NCBI GenBank assembly: GCA_020184695.1
Contig: JAANOX010000117.1
Span: 124,001-188,000 of the forward strand
DNA from: Histomonas meleagridis 2922-C6/04-290x
Taxonomy: Eukaryota > Protista > Parabasalia
DNA: 64,000 nt
Direction of reading: 5' to 3'
Made by a program: the position numbers and the translations under genes. Positions 33,979 to 46,079 of this stretch are shown here, one piece after another. How positions within the stretch are numbered: the stretch's first letter is position 1; the number at the start of each line of letters is the position of its first letter. Below the pieces are notes generated by a model that ran no database searches, was not told the DNA's origin, and worked only from the letters and a program-made list of their open reading frames with translations.

Positions 33979-35637
33979 TTAAAAATCCAGTTCACCCGAA
34001 TCTATTGCGTATTGTTGAATTATCTGTACAATACTCTCTGCATCCGGTTCATCTGCCAAGATCCCAATAATTTCTGGCAATTTTTCAGCTCCTTCCTTTT
34101 TAGCCAAAATATCTCTAAAAGTACCAACTGCTGCTGCAATCATTCCTTCTTTGAGCTCAGGGCTCATATCATATTTCGACAGCACATCATAAGCTCTCAT
34201 TGCGTAATAAAACTGTCCCGATTGATAACAATCAGCAGCGATAATATTGAGCAAAGCCTTTGATTCATCTGTAGTTGTTGCATCCAAATAAAGTTTCCAT
34301 GCGTCATCAGCTTTGTTATTTTTGATGAAGCATTTACAGAGCCATTGTATATAATAAATCTCTTTCGTATATTGCGGAGATTTCACTGATAAAAAATATT
34401 TTTCAGCTTCAGAATATTTGGATAAAGCTGCAAGTGTCATAGCTTTATTATAATTATATTCATCTTCATCACTTTCATATTCTTCGATAGTGTTAAGAAC
34501 TTTAAGTGCATCTGAATATTGTCCATTAATAAATTTGCTGCTTGCAAGTGCTTCTCTTCCAAGAATTGTATCTTTAACTTCTTTCATATTGCCGATTTTG
34601 GAGAAAAGATTTTTTGCTTCTTCAATCGATGTTAAATCTGATTGTAATTGTCCAATTGATAATAGTACTGATGCTTTAAGTATAGATTCATTAAGCTGAA
34701 TCGGATTATAATCTTTTAGTAACGAATACGCTTCTAATGATTCATTCGATCGCATATGAAGAATCGCTAAGTTATACCGAGCTTCATTAAGTATTGGTAC
34801 AAGTTTTGGGAGTATCGTAAACCCATCTTCGCCATTTTGAAAGATGCATAAGTTATGTGTAACAATACTATCAACGAAATCATATGATGAACTAGAAAAC
34901 TTACGGATTTGAAGAAGTTGTGATTGCGCTATCTCAGAATCAAATAATTTGAGATAATCACATGATTTAAGGTTAAGTGCTATTGCAGAATCAGAGTTAT
35001 CGCTTAGATATGTGTCAACTGATTCATTAGATTCTTCATATTGATCTAGCTTAAATTGACACATGGCAATGTATACATGAAGAGCTAGAAAATCGGGATG
35101 TTGGAGTAAAAGTCGTTGATAAATTTCAATGGATTCTTGATAATGAGATCGCATATAATGAACGGCTGCAAGCGAAAGCTGGTTCTCAAGTGTAGCGCCA
35201 AGTTGCGATTGTACTTTGAAAAATTCTTGCTCATCATTGGTTTGATGTGCAATGTGAAATAATAGACGGGTGCGAAAGTCGCATTGTGGTCCAAGAAATG
35301 CATAATGACGGGATTCATCAAAGTCTTTGTTATAAAAATGGCATGATGCTATATAAAGATTAAGAATTGTATTTTTTGGATCTTCTTTAAGTAATTTTTC
35401 ATAAACTTCTATAGCATCAGAATATTGTCCTTGATGAAACAAACAATAGCCAAGCCAAAGGCTTTTTTCTTTTGTTAAAGGTTGTTTTAATTCTTCATTT
35501 ATAAAATTGATAAATGTTGAAGCGCCTTTGTAATCACGTGCATCAATAAATTTTTGAATCATTTCATCATTACTTTCGATAACGCCTTTTGTTTCATTTT
35601 TTATTTTGTTAGACTTTTTTTTCGCTCCAACAATCAT
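33979..35637 (-). CDS. IFT56: Intraflagellar transport protein 56 (TTC26/DYF-13)
   Basis: FIDARDYKGA..WLGYCLFHQG..ENQLSLAAVHYMRSHYQESIEIYQRLL..ALHVYIAMCQFKLD. Confidence 0.88.
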   Translation of the reverse strand: MIVGAKKKSNKIKNETKGVIESNDEMIQKFIDARDYKGASTFINFINEELKQPLTKEKSLWLGYCLFHQGQYSDAIEVYEKLLKEDPKNTILNLYIASCHFYNKDFDESRHYAFLGPQCDFRTRLLFHIAHQTNDEQEFFKVQSQLGATLENQLSLAAVHYMRSHYQESIEIYQRLLLQHPDFLALHVYIAMCQFKLDQYEESNESVDTYLSDNSDSAIALNLKSCDYLKLFDSEIAQSQLLQIRKFSSSSYDFVDSIVTHNLCIFQNGEDGFTILPKLVPILNEARYNLAILHMRSNESLEAYSLLKDYNPIQLNESILKASVLLSIGQLQSDLTSIEEAKNLFSKIGNMKEVKDTILGREALASSKFINGQYSDALKVLNTIEEYESDEDEYNYNKAMTLAALSKYSEAEKYFLSVKSPQYTKEIYYIQWLCKCFIKNNKADDAWKLYLDATTTDESKALLNIIAADCYQSGQFYYAMRAYDVLSKYDMSPELKEGMIAAAVGTFRDILAKKEGAEKLPEIIGILADEPDAESIVQIIQQYAIDSGELDF

Positions 35638-35728
35638 GAAAATTATACGTTAAGATTGATGAATTGACTATGTTTGCTTGTTTATATAAGAAAAGTGCCA
35701 ATGGACGTTTAATTTCAAATTTCGGCTT

Positions 35729-36667
35729 GTGAAAGAAACAAAAAAGGTAAAATTAAAAAGAGACAATGCTAAAGAACTTGGTCAAATCAATGTCTCATTA
35801 AAAAAGAAGGTTCGTGATGCAGAAGCTCAAATTGATGAGCTCAAAAAACAAAATGAAATTTTAACTAATAAAATTAACCAACCAAATGAATCAAAAGCAG
35901 AAACGATCAAATACTTAAATGATCAAGTGAATACTATTAAAGAACAACAAAAAATATATTCAGAAAAAACAGAAACAATGAACCAAAAAATTAATGATTT
36001 AAACCAAAAGATTTCAGTTCTTGAAGAGAACAGAAGAACTCTCATTGCAAAAAGAACCGAACATGAAATGCGTCGTCGAAAACTTTCCGAAACTACACAA
36101 AAACTTCATAATCAAAGAAAACAAATCCAAAATATTATTAGTAATTTACTTAACACAGATAAAAAGCAAACGCAACTTGATGTATATGAATGGAAAAAGA
36201 AAAGTGTTTCGATTTCACATGAAATCAAAGAAATGGAATCCAAATTAAAAAATATTGAAGCCAAATCACAAAAAATTCATCAAAATATTTCTGACCTAAA
36301 TCAAAGAAAAGAAAAGCTTCAGGTTATTATTGATAAATGGAAAGGAAAGTTAGAACATAAAATCACTCCATCTGAGTCTTTATCAGAGCTACTCAAAAGT
36401 TATGAAAAAACTTTAGCGGAAAACAAAGGAGCTCAAACAAAGGAGCTAGAAATCGAGCTCAAAGAAAAAATTGAAGCAAATAAGATGTTAGAAGAAAAAA
36501 TAGCCAAACAAAAAAAGAGCAATCTCCAAAGAATACGCAAGACACAACAGTTTTTGGCTGAAATAAAAAATCAAAATTTGATAGCATATGAAAAAACAAA
36601 CATCGAAGAGCAAAACTTATTGAACCAAACCAACGAAATTCAAAAAAAGCAACAAATGTCATCATGA
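35729..36667 (+). CDS. Coiled-coil hypothetical protein (start uncertain)
   Basis: Open 312-codon K/E/Q-rich heptad-like frame with no ATG at its 5' end. Confidence 0.55.
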   Translation: MKETKKVKLKRDNAKELGQINVSLKKKVRDAEAQIDELKKQNEILTNKINQPNESKAETIKYLNDQVNTIKEQQKIYSEKTETMNQKINDLNQKISVLEENRRTLIAKRTEHEMRRRKLSETTQKLHNQRKQIQNIISNLLNTDKKQTQLDVYEWKKKSVSISHEIKEMESKLKNIEAKSQKIHQNISDLNQRKEKLQVIIDKWKGKLEHKITPSESLSELLKSYEKTLAENKGAQTKELEIELKEKIEANKMLEEKIAKQKKSNLQRIRKTQQFLAEIKNQNLIAYEKTNIEEQNLLNQTNEIQKKQQMSS

Positions 36668-37024
36668 ATTGAGTGCTTTTACGAATAGTCAGTACATGCA
36701 AAAGTGACAATACAAAATATGTTTTGCTAAGCTTTTTATTCCCTTTTTCATTTTTTGGAAAAATTAAGAACTCTATTAATAGGACCAAGAATAGAAATAC
36801 TTTCTTCTTTAAATAAAATTATAATTTGCGTTAATCAATTAATTTTTTTTTTCCTCTTAAGCATATTTTGATTTTTTACTGTTTACTAGAAAGTGGGTTC
36901 TTTTCACTATTTTGATTTCTTCTCTGTGTTGCAAAATCCAAATTTAGAATAATGGGAAATTAACCTTTTTATCTCGTTCAAATTTCAATGATTTACATGT
37001 GTTGTCACTTTTGGATTCCTGAGA

Positions 37025-37627
37025 ATGGAACTAAACTGGGTCAAAAACTTCCTTTCCTTTCCATCTTCATATGTTTTTGTAGATGTAGAGGTTGCATTTT
37101 TGAAGGAATTCCTGGAAAATTTTACAACAGCAAATTCTCTTATAACGGATCTTGAAGAAGCAAAAAATTTAATATTAACTTCAACAGAAGAAGAGGTACA
37201 ATCAGCACCCCAGCCTATCCAATTCCAAGCTGAAATCCTCTATGGACTTGCACATGCCAAATATTTACATACACCTGAAGGTCAAGAGAAAATGATTTCA
37301 AAACAAAAAAATAAAATTTTCATGCATTGCCCACGCCTCTCTTGCGAACGTACCATTTGTTTTCCGTGCGGTGTATCAGACATACCACAAGAATTAACGA
37401 TCAAAATGTATTGTCCTAATTGTCATGAAATATATAATGTCTCAGATGAATTAATTTCTAAAATAGATGGAGCATACTTTGGCTTGAATTGGCTTGAAAG
37501 CGTTTGTCAATCACATCCCGAACTTCGGCTAAGCAATCAGACACAAGAATATGTTCCAAGGATTTATGGATTTAGAATATATCAGCCGCCTGAGGCACCA
37601 CTAGAAGAGAAACAAATAAACGAATAA
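37025..37627 (+). CDS. Casein kinase II regulatory subunit beta
   Basis: WVKNFLS, AEILYGLAHAKY, CPRLSC...KMYCPNCHEIY and IDGAYFG, YVPRIYGFRI. Confidence 0.9.
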   Translation: MELNWVKNFLSFPSSYVFVDVEVAFLKEFLENFTTANSLITDLEEAKNLILTSTEEEVQSAPQPIQFQAEILYGLAHAKYLHTPEGQEKMISKQKNKIFMHCPRLSCERTICFPCGVSDIPQELTIKMYCPNCHEIYNVSDELISKIDGAYFGLNWLESVCQSHPELRLSNQTQEYVPRIYGFRIYQPPEAPLEEKQINE

Positions 37628-37799
37628 AAGTTATTTATATTAATTTTATGGAAAATATTTGGATCACTTATTAATTAACTTATGAGTTATAAAACTGTAA
37701 ATTATAATTTATAATTTCCCTACAAATAATTTTTTTGATAATAATATAGATAATAATTATTCTAATTATAATAGTTTAATAATTATATTAAACTAGAAG

Positions 37800-37960
37800 T
37801 GGGTTAATAATGTTATGTTTCAGAAGAATATTTGGAAATTATTCTGAAACATTGAACACATCACTTATGAAAGCATCTAATAATGGTAATCTAGAAATAG
37901 TTAAATTACTTCTTGAACATGAAGGAGTTGTTATTACAGGTTACGATCTATGTTTATTAT
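37800..37960 (+). pseudogene. Orphan ankyrin segment preceded by a degenerate cassette (..Y-G-N|TSLMKASNNGNLEIVKLLLEHEG)
   Basis: Units ending TAT, GGA and AAC directly precede ACATCACTT; the last unit is 21 nt. Confidence 0.6.
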
Positions 37961-38476
37961 ATAATGGGTTTAACCGTTTTAAATAAAAAGTGATATAACC
38001 TCAAATGAAACAAAAATATATTATTTAATAAACAATATTTTTTAAAATTAATCGAATAATTTATTATGAAAATAGCTTTTTAATTTTATAATATTATATT
38101 CAAAATTTGAAGAGGAAATCAAAAAATTAGAGAAATTAATTATTTATTTTTGGAGCTTCTACCTTCTTGCGATATTGATATGAATTAATTTCCAGATATT
38201 GACTTCAATCATCGAATCATTTATTATGATATTTTGTTTTCTTTATTTTTGATTTTGTGTGTAATCTGTAGTTAGAATATTTATGTTTTCCAAATACAAA
38301 ATATTATTTTATTAATTATTGTTTACTCGAAGTTAATAAAATAGAATGTAAATTATATCATTAATTAATATTAAAAAAGTTAGTTAGAGCTTCGCTCAAA
38401 AAGTTGTATCACTTGTTGAATATTTTTTTGTACTGGCAATTGTATTTTCTCACAAATATTTTGGACATTTTTATTG

Positions 38477-40949
38477 ATGGAACTTTCGAAATCATTAGAA
38501 TCAATTGTCTTTAATCTCAACGAAAAAAATTTCGAAACATCAGTCCAAGAAACAATTAATTTATTTGTAGATAGGCTACCATATACATTTAACTATCTTG
38601 TTTCTAGACTTATTTATTCAGCTTTTGTATCTCAATCAAATAATGAAAATATATATATTAAATATTTATTAACTTTGAAAGAAAAAGAAGATGAAAAAGA
38701 TAAAAACAAAAGTGAAACTGAAGCTAATCTTGTTCAAATCTTTTGTGAATATTTACTGAAAATAGAAAAGCAAGAATCATATTTCCTTCTTGAAAAGATG
38801 ATCGAAGAAAAAATACTTGAACCATCTTCAGTGATGAACATGAACACATTATATTTTTCTCAATATAAAACAAAAGAAGAAATAAACAAACTAAGGAACA
38901 AATATCCAAAACCGCAATTCTTTGAAGAATTTATTTCAGCACTTGATGAATTATCAAAAGATGATTGGAAGCTTCATATGCAATATGTAAAAGAAGGAGT
39001 TAATCCATTAGAAATTGCAAAAGTACTTCGAAATGATGATTTAGAAAAGCTTCAAGAAATATCATCAAATAATGAATTTGACTTTAATCAAATAATTGAG
39101 TCATCACTTTATGAAAGATGTTCATTTATTAATACTAAAAATGTTTCGTTGATTGATTATGTAGCATTTTTTGGTTCGATTAAATGTTTTAAATTTTTAT
39201 TATTAAATAATTCGAATATTAAAAATACATCTAAATATGCAATCGCAGGTGGAAACTTAGAAATTATTCATTTATGTGAACAAAATAATTCATCATTTAC
39301 AGAAGCATATGAAACAGCAATAGAATTTCATCAAAATGAAATTTTTCATTATCTTTATGAAAATAAAACTGGGAAAATTTCTAATGACAGAAAAAATTCA
39401 TCTCCAATTTTTTCTTTCACAAAATCGAATTCCAATATCGAAAATCAAGATAATTGCAATTTAAGTGAAGAAAATTTAATATATCTTGGGAAAAAATGTA
39501 TAGAATTTAATAATTATGAAATCTTCATGTTTTTAGAAAAAGAAGGAATGAAAATAAATAATGAAATTATAGAAGAAATAGCATCAAAAGGAAATACATT
39601 CATAATAGAAAGTGATATAGAAAGTCAACAAATTCCAAAAACAATTTTACCATACTCAGTTAAATCAGGAAATATAGAAATAGTCAAATTACTTTTGGAT
39701 AAAGGAATTGATGTTAATGCAAGAGATATTCATTTGAATAATTTGAAATATGTTATAATAATTTAAAATATGTTTTAATAATTTGAAACAGTACTTCATA
39801 TAGCAGTTAGAAATAATAATATAGAAATAGTAAAATTACTTTTAGATAAAGAAGGAATTGATGTTAATGCAAAAAATATTCATTTTGATAATTTTATATA
39901 TGTTTTAATAATTTTATATATGTTTTAATAATTTTATATATGTTTTAATAATTTGAAACAGCACTTCATATAGCAGTTAAAAATAATAATATAGAAATAG
40001 TAAAATTACTTTTAGATAAAGAAGGAATTGATGTTAATGCAAAAGATATTTTGAATAATTTTATATATGTTTTAATAATTTGGAATATGTTTTAATAATT
40101 TGGAATATGTTTTAATAATTCGAAACAGCACTTCATATAGCAGTTAAAAATAATAATATAGAAATAGTCAAATTACTTTTGGATAAAGGAATTGATGTTA
40201 ATGCAAAAAATATTCATTTGAATAATTTGAAATATGTTATAATAATTTAAAATATGTTTTAATAATTTGAAACAGCACTTCATATAGCAGTTAGAAATAA
40301 TAATATAGAAATAGTAAAATTACTTTTAGATAAAGAAGGAATTGATGTTAATGCAAAAACTATTTATATGAATAATTTGTAATATGTTTTAATAATTTTA
40401 TATATGTTTTAATAATTTGATATATGTTTTAATAATTTTATATATGTTTTAATAATTTGAAACAGCAATTCATATAGCAGTTAGAAATAATAATATAGAA
40501 ATAGTAAAATTACTTTTAGATAAAGAAGGAATTGATGTTAATGCAAAAAATATTCATTTGAATAATTTTATATATGTTTTAATAATTTTTATATATGTTT
40601 TAATAATTTGGAATATGTTTTAATAATTTTGGATATGTTTTAATAATTTTGGATATGTTTTAATAATTTTATATATGTTTTAATAATTTGAAACAGCAAT
40701 TCATATAGCAGTTAGAAATAATAATATAGAAATAGTAAAATTACTTTTAGATAAAGAAGGAATTGATGTTAATGCAAAAAATATTCATTTGAATAATTTT
40801 ATATATGTTTTAATAATTTTATATATGTTTTAATAATTTGGAATATGTTTTAATAATTTGAAACAGCACTTCATATAGCAGTTAGAAATAATAATATAGA
40901 AATAGTAAAATTACTTCGGAACAAAAATTCTAATTGTATTCTTTTATGA
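38477..40949 (+). CDS. DUF3447-type/ankyrin-repeat protein with 7 cassette arrays
   Basis: Intact ORF through the N-domain (EGVNPLEIAKVLRNDD; IDYVAFFGSIKCFKFL). After spacer removal the frame runs to TGA 40947-40949, apart from one extra T at ~40590. Confidence 0.8.
39728..40862 (+). repeat. Ankyrin segment + 20-nt cassette arrays (60, 80, 77, 60, 100, 141, 80 nt)
   Basis: Same ATATGTTTTAATAATTT-NNN unit as 12177-13996. Triplets give EKE, YYYE, YGGE, EKE, VYDYE, YYGWWYE, YYGE. Confidence 0.95.
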
Positions 40950-41921
40950 TTAGAATACATTTGATTATCTGAAGAAATATTAATAATTTGAAGACTTCCA
41001 CATGAACTAAAAGTATGTGGTGATATTAATGTAACACTAGAATTGTTACGTTATTCAAGGAATAACAATTGTTTCCAAGTTTTATTTAAATGTAACATTT
41101 ACCTATATTAGCAATCATATCTTGTATGCTCATTAATTTATCTCATATTGAAGCAGATCTATTTGCTAAAGATTTTGAAGAAAACAATTTAATGTTATTA
41201 TTGTATTTGCTAATGATAATCATATTATATATAATAGAAGAAAACATATGATTTACCAAACAACAAAAAGGTTTATTAAATTAATAAACAAATTAAAATA
41301 TTTTGTTCTTAAAATATGTTTACTTATATCTGACTGATAAATTTTTCTTCTTTGAAATCGTCTGCAAATGGATCTTCTTCAATATTTGAATTATTAATAC
41401 CAACTGAAAATGTATTATCTATTTCATTAATTTTATTATTATTTTCATCTGAAACATTCATTTCTTCTTCATTTTGTTTTCGCTTCTTATTTTGATATTT
41501 AATCATAAATATTTTTATTATTATTATAAATGCAATAATTATTACAATTACAATAACAATTATAATGATAATTAATGTATTATTATCATCAGTGTTTATT
41601 ATTACATCGATATAAGAAATATAAAAGAAATTCGAATAATAAGTAAAATATTATAAATAATATATAAAATCGAAACAAATATATTTAGTTTCAGATTCAA
41701 TGAAAGTAATTGAATAAAATTTTAAGAAAGTATAATGATAAACTGATAAAGTTTCGAAACAGCTATTGAATTAGTTAAACGGTTGGGTTTCAGAGAAATA
41801 AAACAATTACTTAGTGAAAAAGGTGCCATTTAATTTAGACTTTGGTAAGTGTTCTACTAATTTATTGATAAATCGAGAGAAAACATAATATTTAATCAGA
41901 AGTTCTGATTCAGAACTGGTG

Positions 41922-42034
41922 ACTAAAGTGGTTGCAGAAAGGTTTCTCAACGATAGAATCAAATGAATGAAAAATCATCGGATTCATATTCAAAAACTGA
42001 AGTGTTTGGGAAACCTTTCTGCAACCACTTTAGT
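41922..42034. repeat. Perfect 25-bp inverted repeat (41922-41946 / 42010-42034)
   Basis: ACTAAAGTGGTTGCAGAAAGGTTTC and its exact reverse complement, 63-nt loop. Confidence 0.85.
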
Positions 42035-42117
42035 ACGTTTATCTTCCTAAGATTTCAACAAAAACAACTCTTAATTGAAAGATGATGTGACTCCAAAATA
42101 GGTAATTAAGCTTATAC

Positions 42118-42469
42118 TATATAATCTACCGTGAAAAACATGTAGACCAACAACAAAGTTTTAGATAAATCATACATTTTTATATATTTTGTTAGCAAAT
42201 TGAAATTTTAACATATATTCAGTTCCAAAAATATGAATTAATTAAAATATTTAAAAAAAAATCGAGAAAAAAGATTTCTTCATGTTAACGTTCTCCTTAG
42301 TGAAGTGAGTGAAAATTTGAATATTGTGAAAACTACAGACTAGTTTGTATTAAATCAAAAAAAATTTATTAAATGTATATTACTAAATATGTTCTCTGAA
42401 TAATGCTACAGTGTAGACGTGGGTTATATTAAGGTGTCGATCTTCAGGTTTTTCACGGCAGTCTATATA
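42118..42469. mobile_element. MITE-like element (~350 bp)
   Basis: Imperfect terminal inverted repeats CTACCGTGAAAAAC / GTTTTTCACGGCAG with TA-rich flanks; no coding capacity. Confidence 0.55.
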
Positions 42470-42470
42470 T

Positions 42471-44779
42471 TTAAGTTATGAATAAAATATAATAATCAGA
42501 ATCTTGTTGATATTTTTCAATAACAAAGTCAAGTAATGATTTCTCTTTTTTAAATTTAAGTTTATCACAACTTAAAATTAACTTTAATTGTGGTAACGAA
42601 AAATATTGTTCTTTAATTTCTTCAAAATGAATTGCACAATATTCTATTTCTTTATCAATATTAGCATTCGCTTTCATTTTATTATTTATAAAATTTATTA
42701 AATTATCATTATTAATTTCTAGTGGTAATAATTCTATAAGTTCTGGATTTTTAAGCTCAGCAAAACATTTATAAGAGGATCTTTAACATCATTAAGATTA
42801 ACACTTTGTCCATGAATTAAATTTTCTAATTTATATATTAGTCAAAAACCTATACAACATACTAAAACATGGACAGCACTTTTGTTTACACCAAAATACG
42901 TTTAAATAGCAATTTTTTCATTTTTTTTTGCCAAATGAGCCCCAAAGAAAAGCCCCAATTCACTGAAAATCAGTTAGAACATGCTTTATCGACAAAATTT
43001 TATAATTCTGATGTCAGATGCATCTTACGAAATTATCGAATGCAGATAAATGCGAAATCTAGAATGAAGCAAGCAATCGCAATTTATACAATAATCAAAG
43101 ATTCTGATGTTATTACAACGACAAAGAGCAAAATTGCTTCAATTTTTAAGTCGATAGGGGAAATTTTAGTCGTGCACTTAATAAAAAAGCGAAAACTTTA
43201 AATGGAAGACCAACCCTTTTACCTAATGAATATGAAGAAGAATTATTATTATATATATACTTAAGAGCTGAATGTCACAAACCATGCACAAAAAAGATAT
43301 TCGTAATTATATTTTTGAACGATTAAATATTACTGTTTCTCCATCCTGGTATCATAATTTTATTAAAAGATATCCAAATAAAATTGTTAAGACGACAGCC
43401 TATCGACAGGAAAAAGATCGAATTAATTTATCAAGGAGTTCTTGTTTAAAACTTATTTCCAATTTCAAAAAAATATGTAAGCGGTTTGCCGACAGAATCG
43501 ATTTTTAATCTAAATGAAGTTGGTCAACAGGAATGTGCCAATAGAAAAACAAAAAAGGTGATTGTCCCTTCATTATTGAAAAATGCCAGAATTGAATATT
43601 GTACGAATAGAACAGAAAAAAAAATCTCATTAATTACGACTATTTCTATTCCTGGTGATGTATTAACACCATTGATAATAATGTCAAGAAAGACTCTTGA
43701 AAATGAAGTTTTGCAATCAGGAATCCGCATCGGAGAGGATATTATCATACGTTATCAAGAATCAGCTTATGCCTCGATGGAAATCATTTCAGAACATATT
43801 AATGATGTTTTTCTTGTTTACATACAAAATTTAAGAAATGATTTAAAATTTAGGGACAAACCAGCTGTTCTTATTTGTGACAATTGTGCATCGCATTTCG
43901 ATAATGCAGTGGTTAGGAAATTAACTCAAAACAATGTACGATTGGTTACTATTCCTCCACATTCTTCACATTTATTTCAACCACTTGATTTAGTAACATT
44001 TGGAGTCTATAAAAATGAAATTCGTTCTACAACTTCAAAATATGAAAATGGTACCCAACTTGATCGAATTGCTCGTGTTCTCTCAGCTATTGAACGTGCA
44101 ACGACTTCAGAGAACAATCGAAATGCTTTTTATCGTGCTGGCTTAGAAATTGATACCTCAAATGATCCACATACAGTGGTAATTTATGAAAATAAACTCA
44201 AGCAAAAAATCGAAGAAAATTGCTTGATTGATTCACCAATATCACCAAGTACAAAAACATTTGGATTCATCAATAAAAAATAATTAATTATTTTTTTTAA
44301 AACTTAATTTTTAAAATATACACTTGATTCTAATAAATTTGACTTGATATATCATTTTAATTATATATTTATAATATATATTTTATTTAATTATTTAATA
44401 ATTTCAAGGATGTAATGAGATATTTTTATTTCATTAAATAAATTTCCTTAACGGTCGCCAAATAGTGTTGTCAAGGTTTTGATATGTTGACTAGGTTTTT
44501 GACTAATCTATATGTATCGTTTCTTCTGTTACAACTTCTGCAACTTTTAAAAATGTAATATTTGGATTTTTAGATTTCATTTCTGAAACTACAGGTGAAA
44601 TAAATTCCGCAAGAAAATCAGGCACTTTCAATATTTTATTATTTTGAACGTAACTCGAAATTATTTTCATAATTATCAAAATTAATCCTTTTTAGACCAG
44701 CTGCTGAGAGTGAGAAATTTACCAAATATTTACTGTTGGAATTTTCTTCAAAAGGCTTAATCCCATAATTTGATTTCAT
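42471..44779 (-). pseudogene. Trichomonad BTB-like family gene interrupted by the pogo element
   Basis: MKSNYG..FSLSAAGLKRINFDNYENNF..DFLAEFISPVVSEM..EETIH joins KLENLIHG..KEIEYCAIHFEEI..LSCDKLK..EKSLLDFV when the element and one TA are removed; additional frameshifts are present. Confidence 0.65.
42834..44510 (+). mobile_element. pogo/Tigger-type DNA transposon (DDE_1 transposase, frameshifted)
   Basis: ~50-bp imperfect TIRs starting TA(T/G)ATTAGTCAAAAACCTA; TA target duplication at 42832-33 and 44511-12; CENP-B-like HTH region and DDE motifs (LICDNCASH, PPHSSHLFQPLD) split over ORFs 42869-44283. Confidence 0.88.
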
Positions 44780-45298
44780 GAAAATTTTCGTAGTAACGGA
44801 AATGGAACGGTTATATATGGGGCACCCTAAAACCGCTGATATAATATCAAATCACCCATTGTTCAATAAATATTAATATCTTTTTTAAGTGGTACTGAAT
44901 ACAAATAATATTTTTGCTTGATTTTGATTTAAATTATGAATACTTTTCTTATATAATGAAATTCTTTAAATTTTTAATTATCTATTTTCAATAATTACTT
45001 GTCTTTGCTTCATTAGCACTATTCATAATATTTTTTTAAAACATTTAATTGATCAAAAAATTGCAGCAAAGTAATTAATGTAACAATTGCTTTATTAATA
45101 AATGAAATCTTGTTGTTTGATTAAAATCCACATTGATTCAATATACAATATTCAATAATTTCTTGAAGTTTCCTATTTGGTCATTTCGATTTATTTTTGG
45201 GATTTTCTTTGGATTCATGAAGTTTCCAAACAATTGTTTGAAAATGTCAATTATTTCTTATCAATTATTTTGGAATTGAATAAAAAATTGTTTGCCAT

Positions 45299-45874
45299 AT
45301 GGGTATCAACACAAGCAAAAACATGGCAATACAAGAAAATCAGATACAATTGCTTTCTGATACAACAAGATTTTCTGTAGATGAAATTAAAATATTGTTC
45401 ATGAAAATTAAATCAAAGAATTTATTAGCAATAGATACAAAAATTAAAAAAATTGAATTCCAAAAATGTTTGGGCCTGAAATCAAGGGAATATTCGGAAT
45501 GTATTTTCCAGGGATTTTTTGGGGAAAACGTAACAATGATCGATTTTTCAGATTTTGTTCGAGTACTTTCATCTTTATCCACCAGATCTTCTATTCATGA
45601 AAAGGCACAGATATGTTTTCGAATATTTGATACCAACAAAGATGGTTTTATTGATCCAAATGAATTAAAAACTGTAATCAAGTGGGGTCTTTTGGAGAAT
45701 CCGCTTGTAAAAATACAAGACAGTGATATAGACACAATTATTTCTAAAACATTTCAACAGATGGACAAAGATGGTGACGGACTAATTTCCCTCCAAGAAT
45801 TTGAAGCCGAAGCACAAAAAACCCAAGAAACCCTTTCTTTTATAACATTAAATATTGAAGATTTGTTAAAATAA
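45299..45874 (+). CDS. Calcineurin-B/recoverin-like EF-hand protein
   Basis: MG..S myristoylation-like start; EF hands DTNKDGFIDPNE and DKDGDGLISLQE. Confidence 0.88.
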   Translation: MGINTSKNMAIQENQIQLLSDTTRFSVDEIKILFMKIKSKNLLAIDTKIKKIEFQKCLGLKSREYSECIFQGFFGENVTMIDFSDFVRVLSSLSTRSSIHEKAQICFRIFDTNKDGFIDPNELKTVIKWGLLENPLVKIQDSDIDTIISKTFQQMDKDGDGLISLQEFEAEAQKTQETLSFITLNIEDLLK

Positions 45875-46079
45875 ATTATTAACTTTCCTATACAATTTTG
45901 TTTTTCAAAAACTTTATCATATAAGATTACTTATGCTTATATTGTGCGCTATACAAACACAGCATAATTTTTTTAATATAACTATTCTTGAATCTCTACT
46001 TTGCAGTTTCTTTAAGTAGATTTGTTCCCTTACATTAAAATGAATTTACTTTAATCATTCGAAGTTTCAAAACAACATG

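Noticed and set aside
41324-41600. Possible TM + acidic tail of a surface-protein gene on the minus strand
   Set aside because: Riddled with stops and no recognisable upstream domain; too degraded to call.
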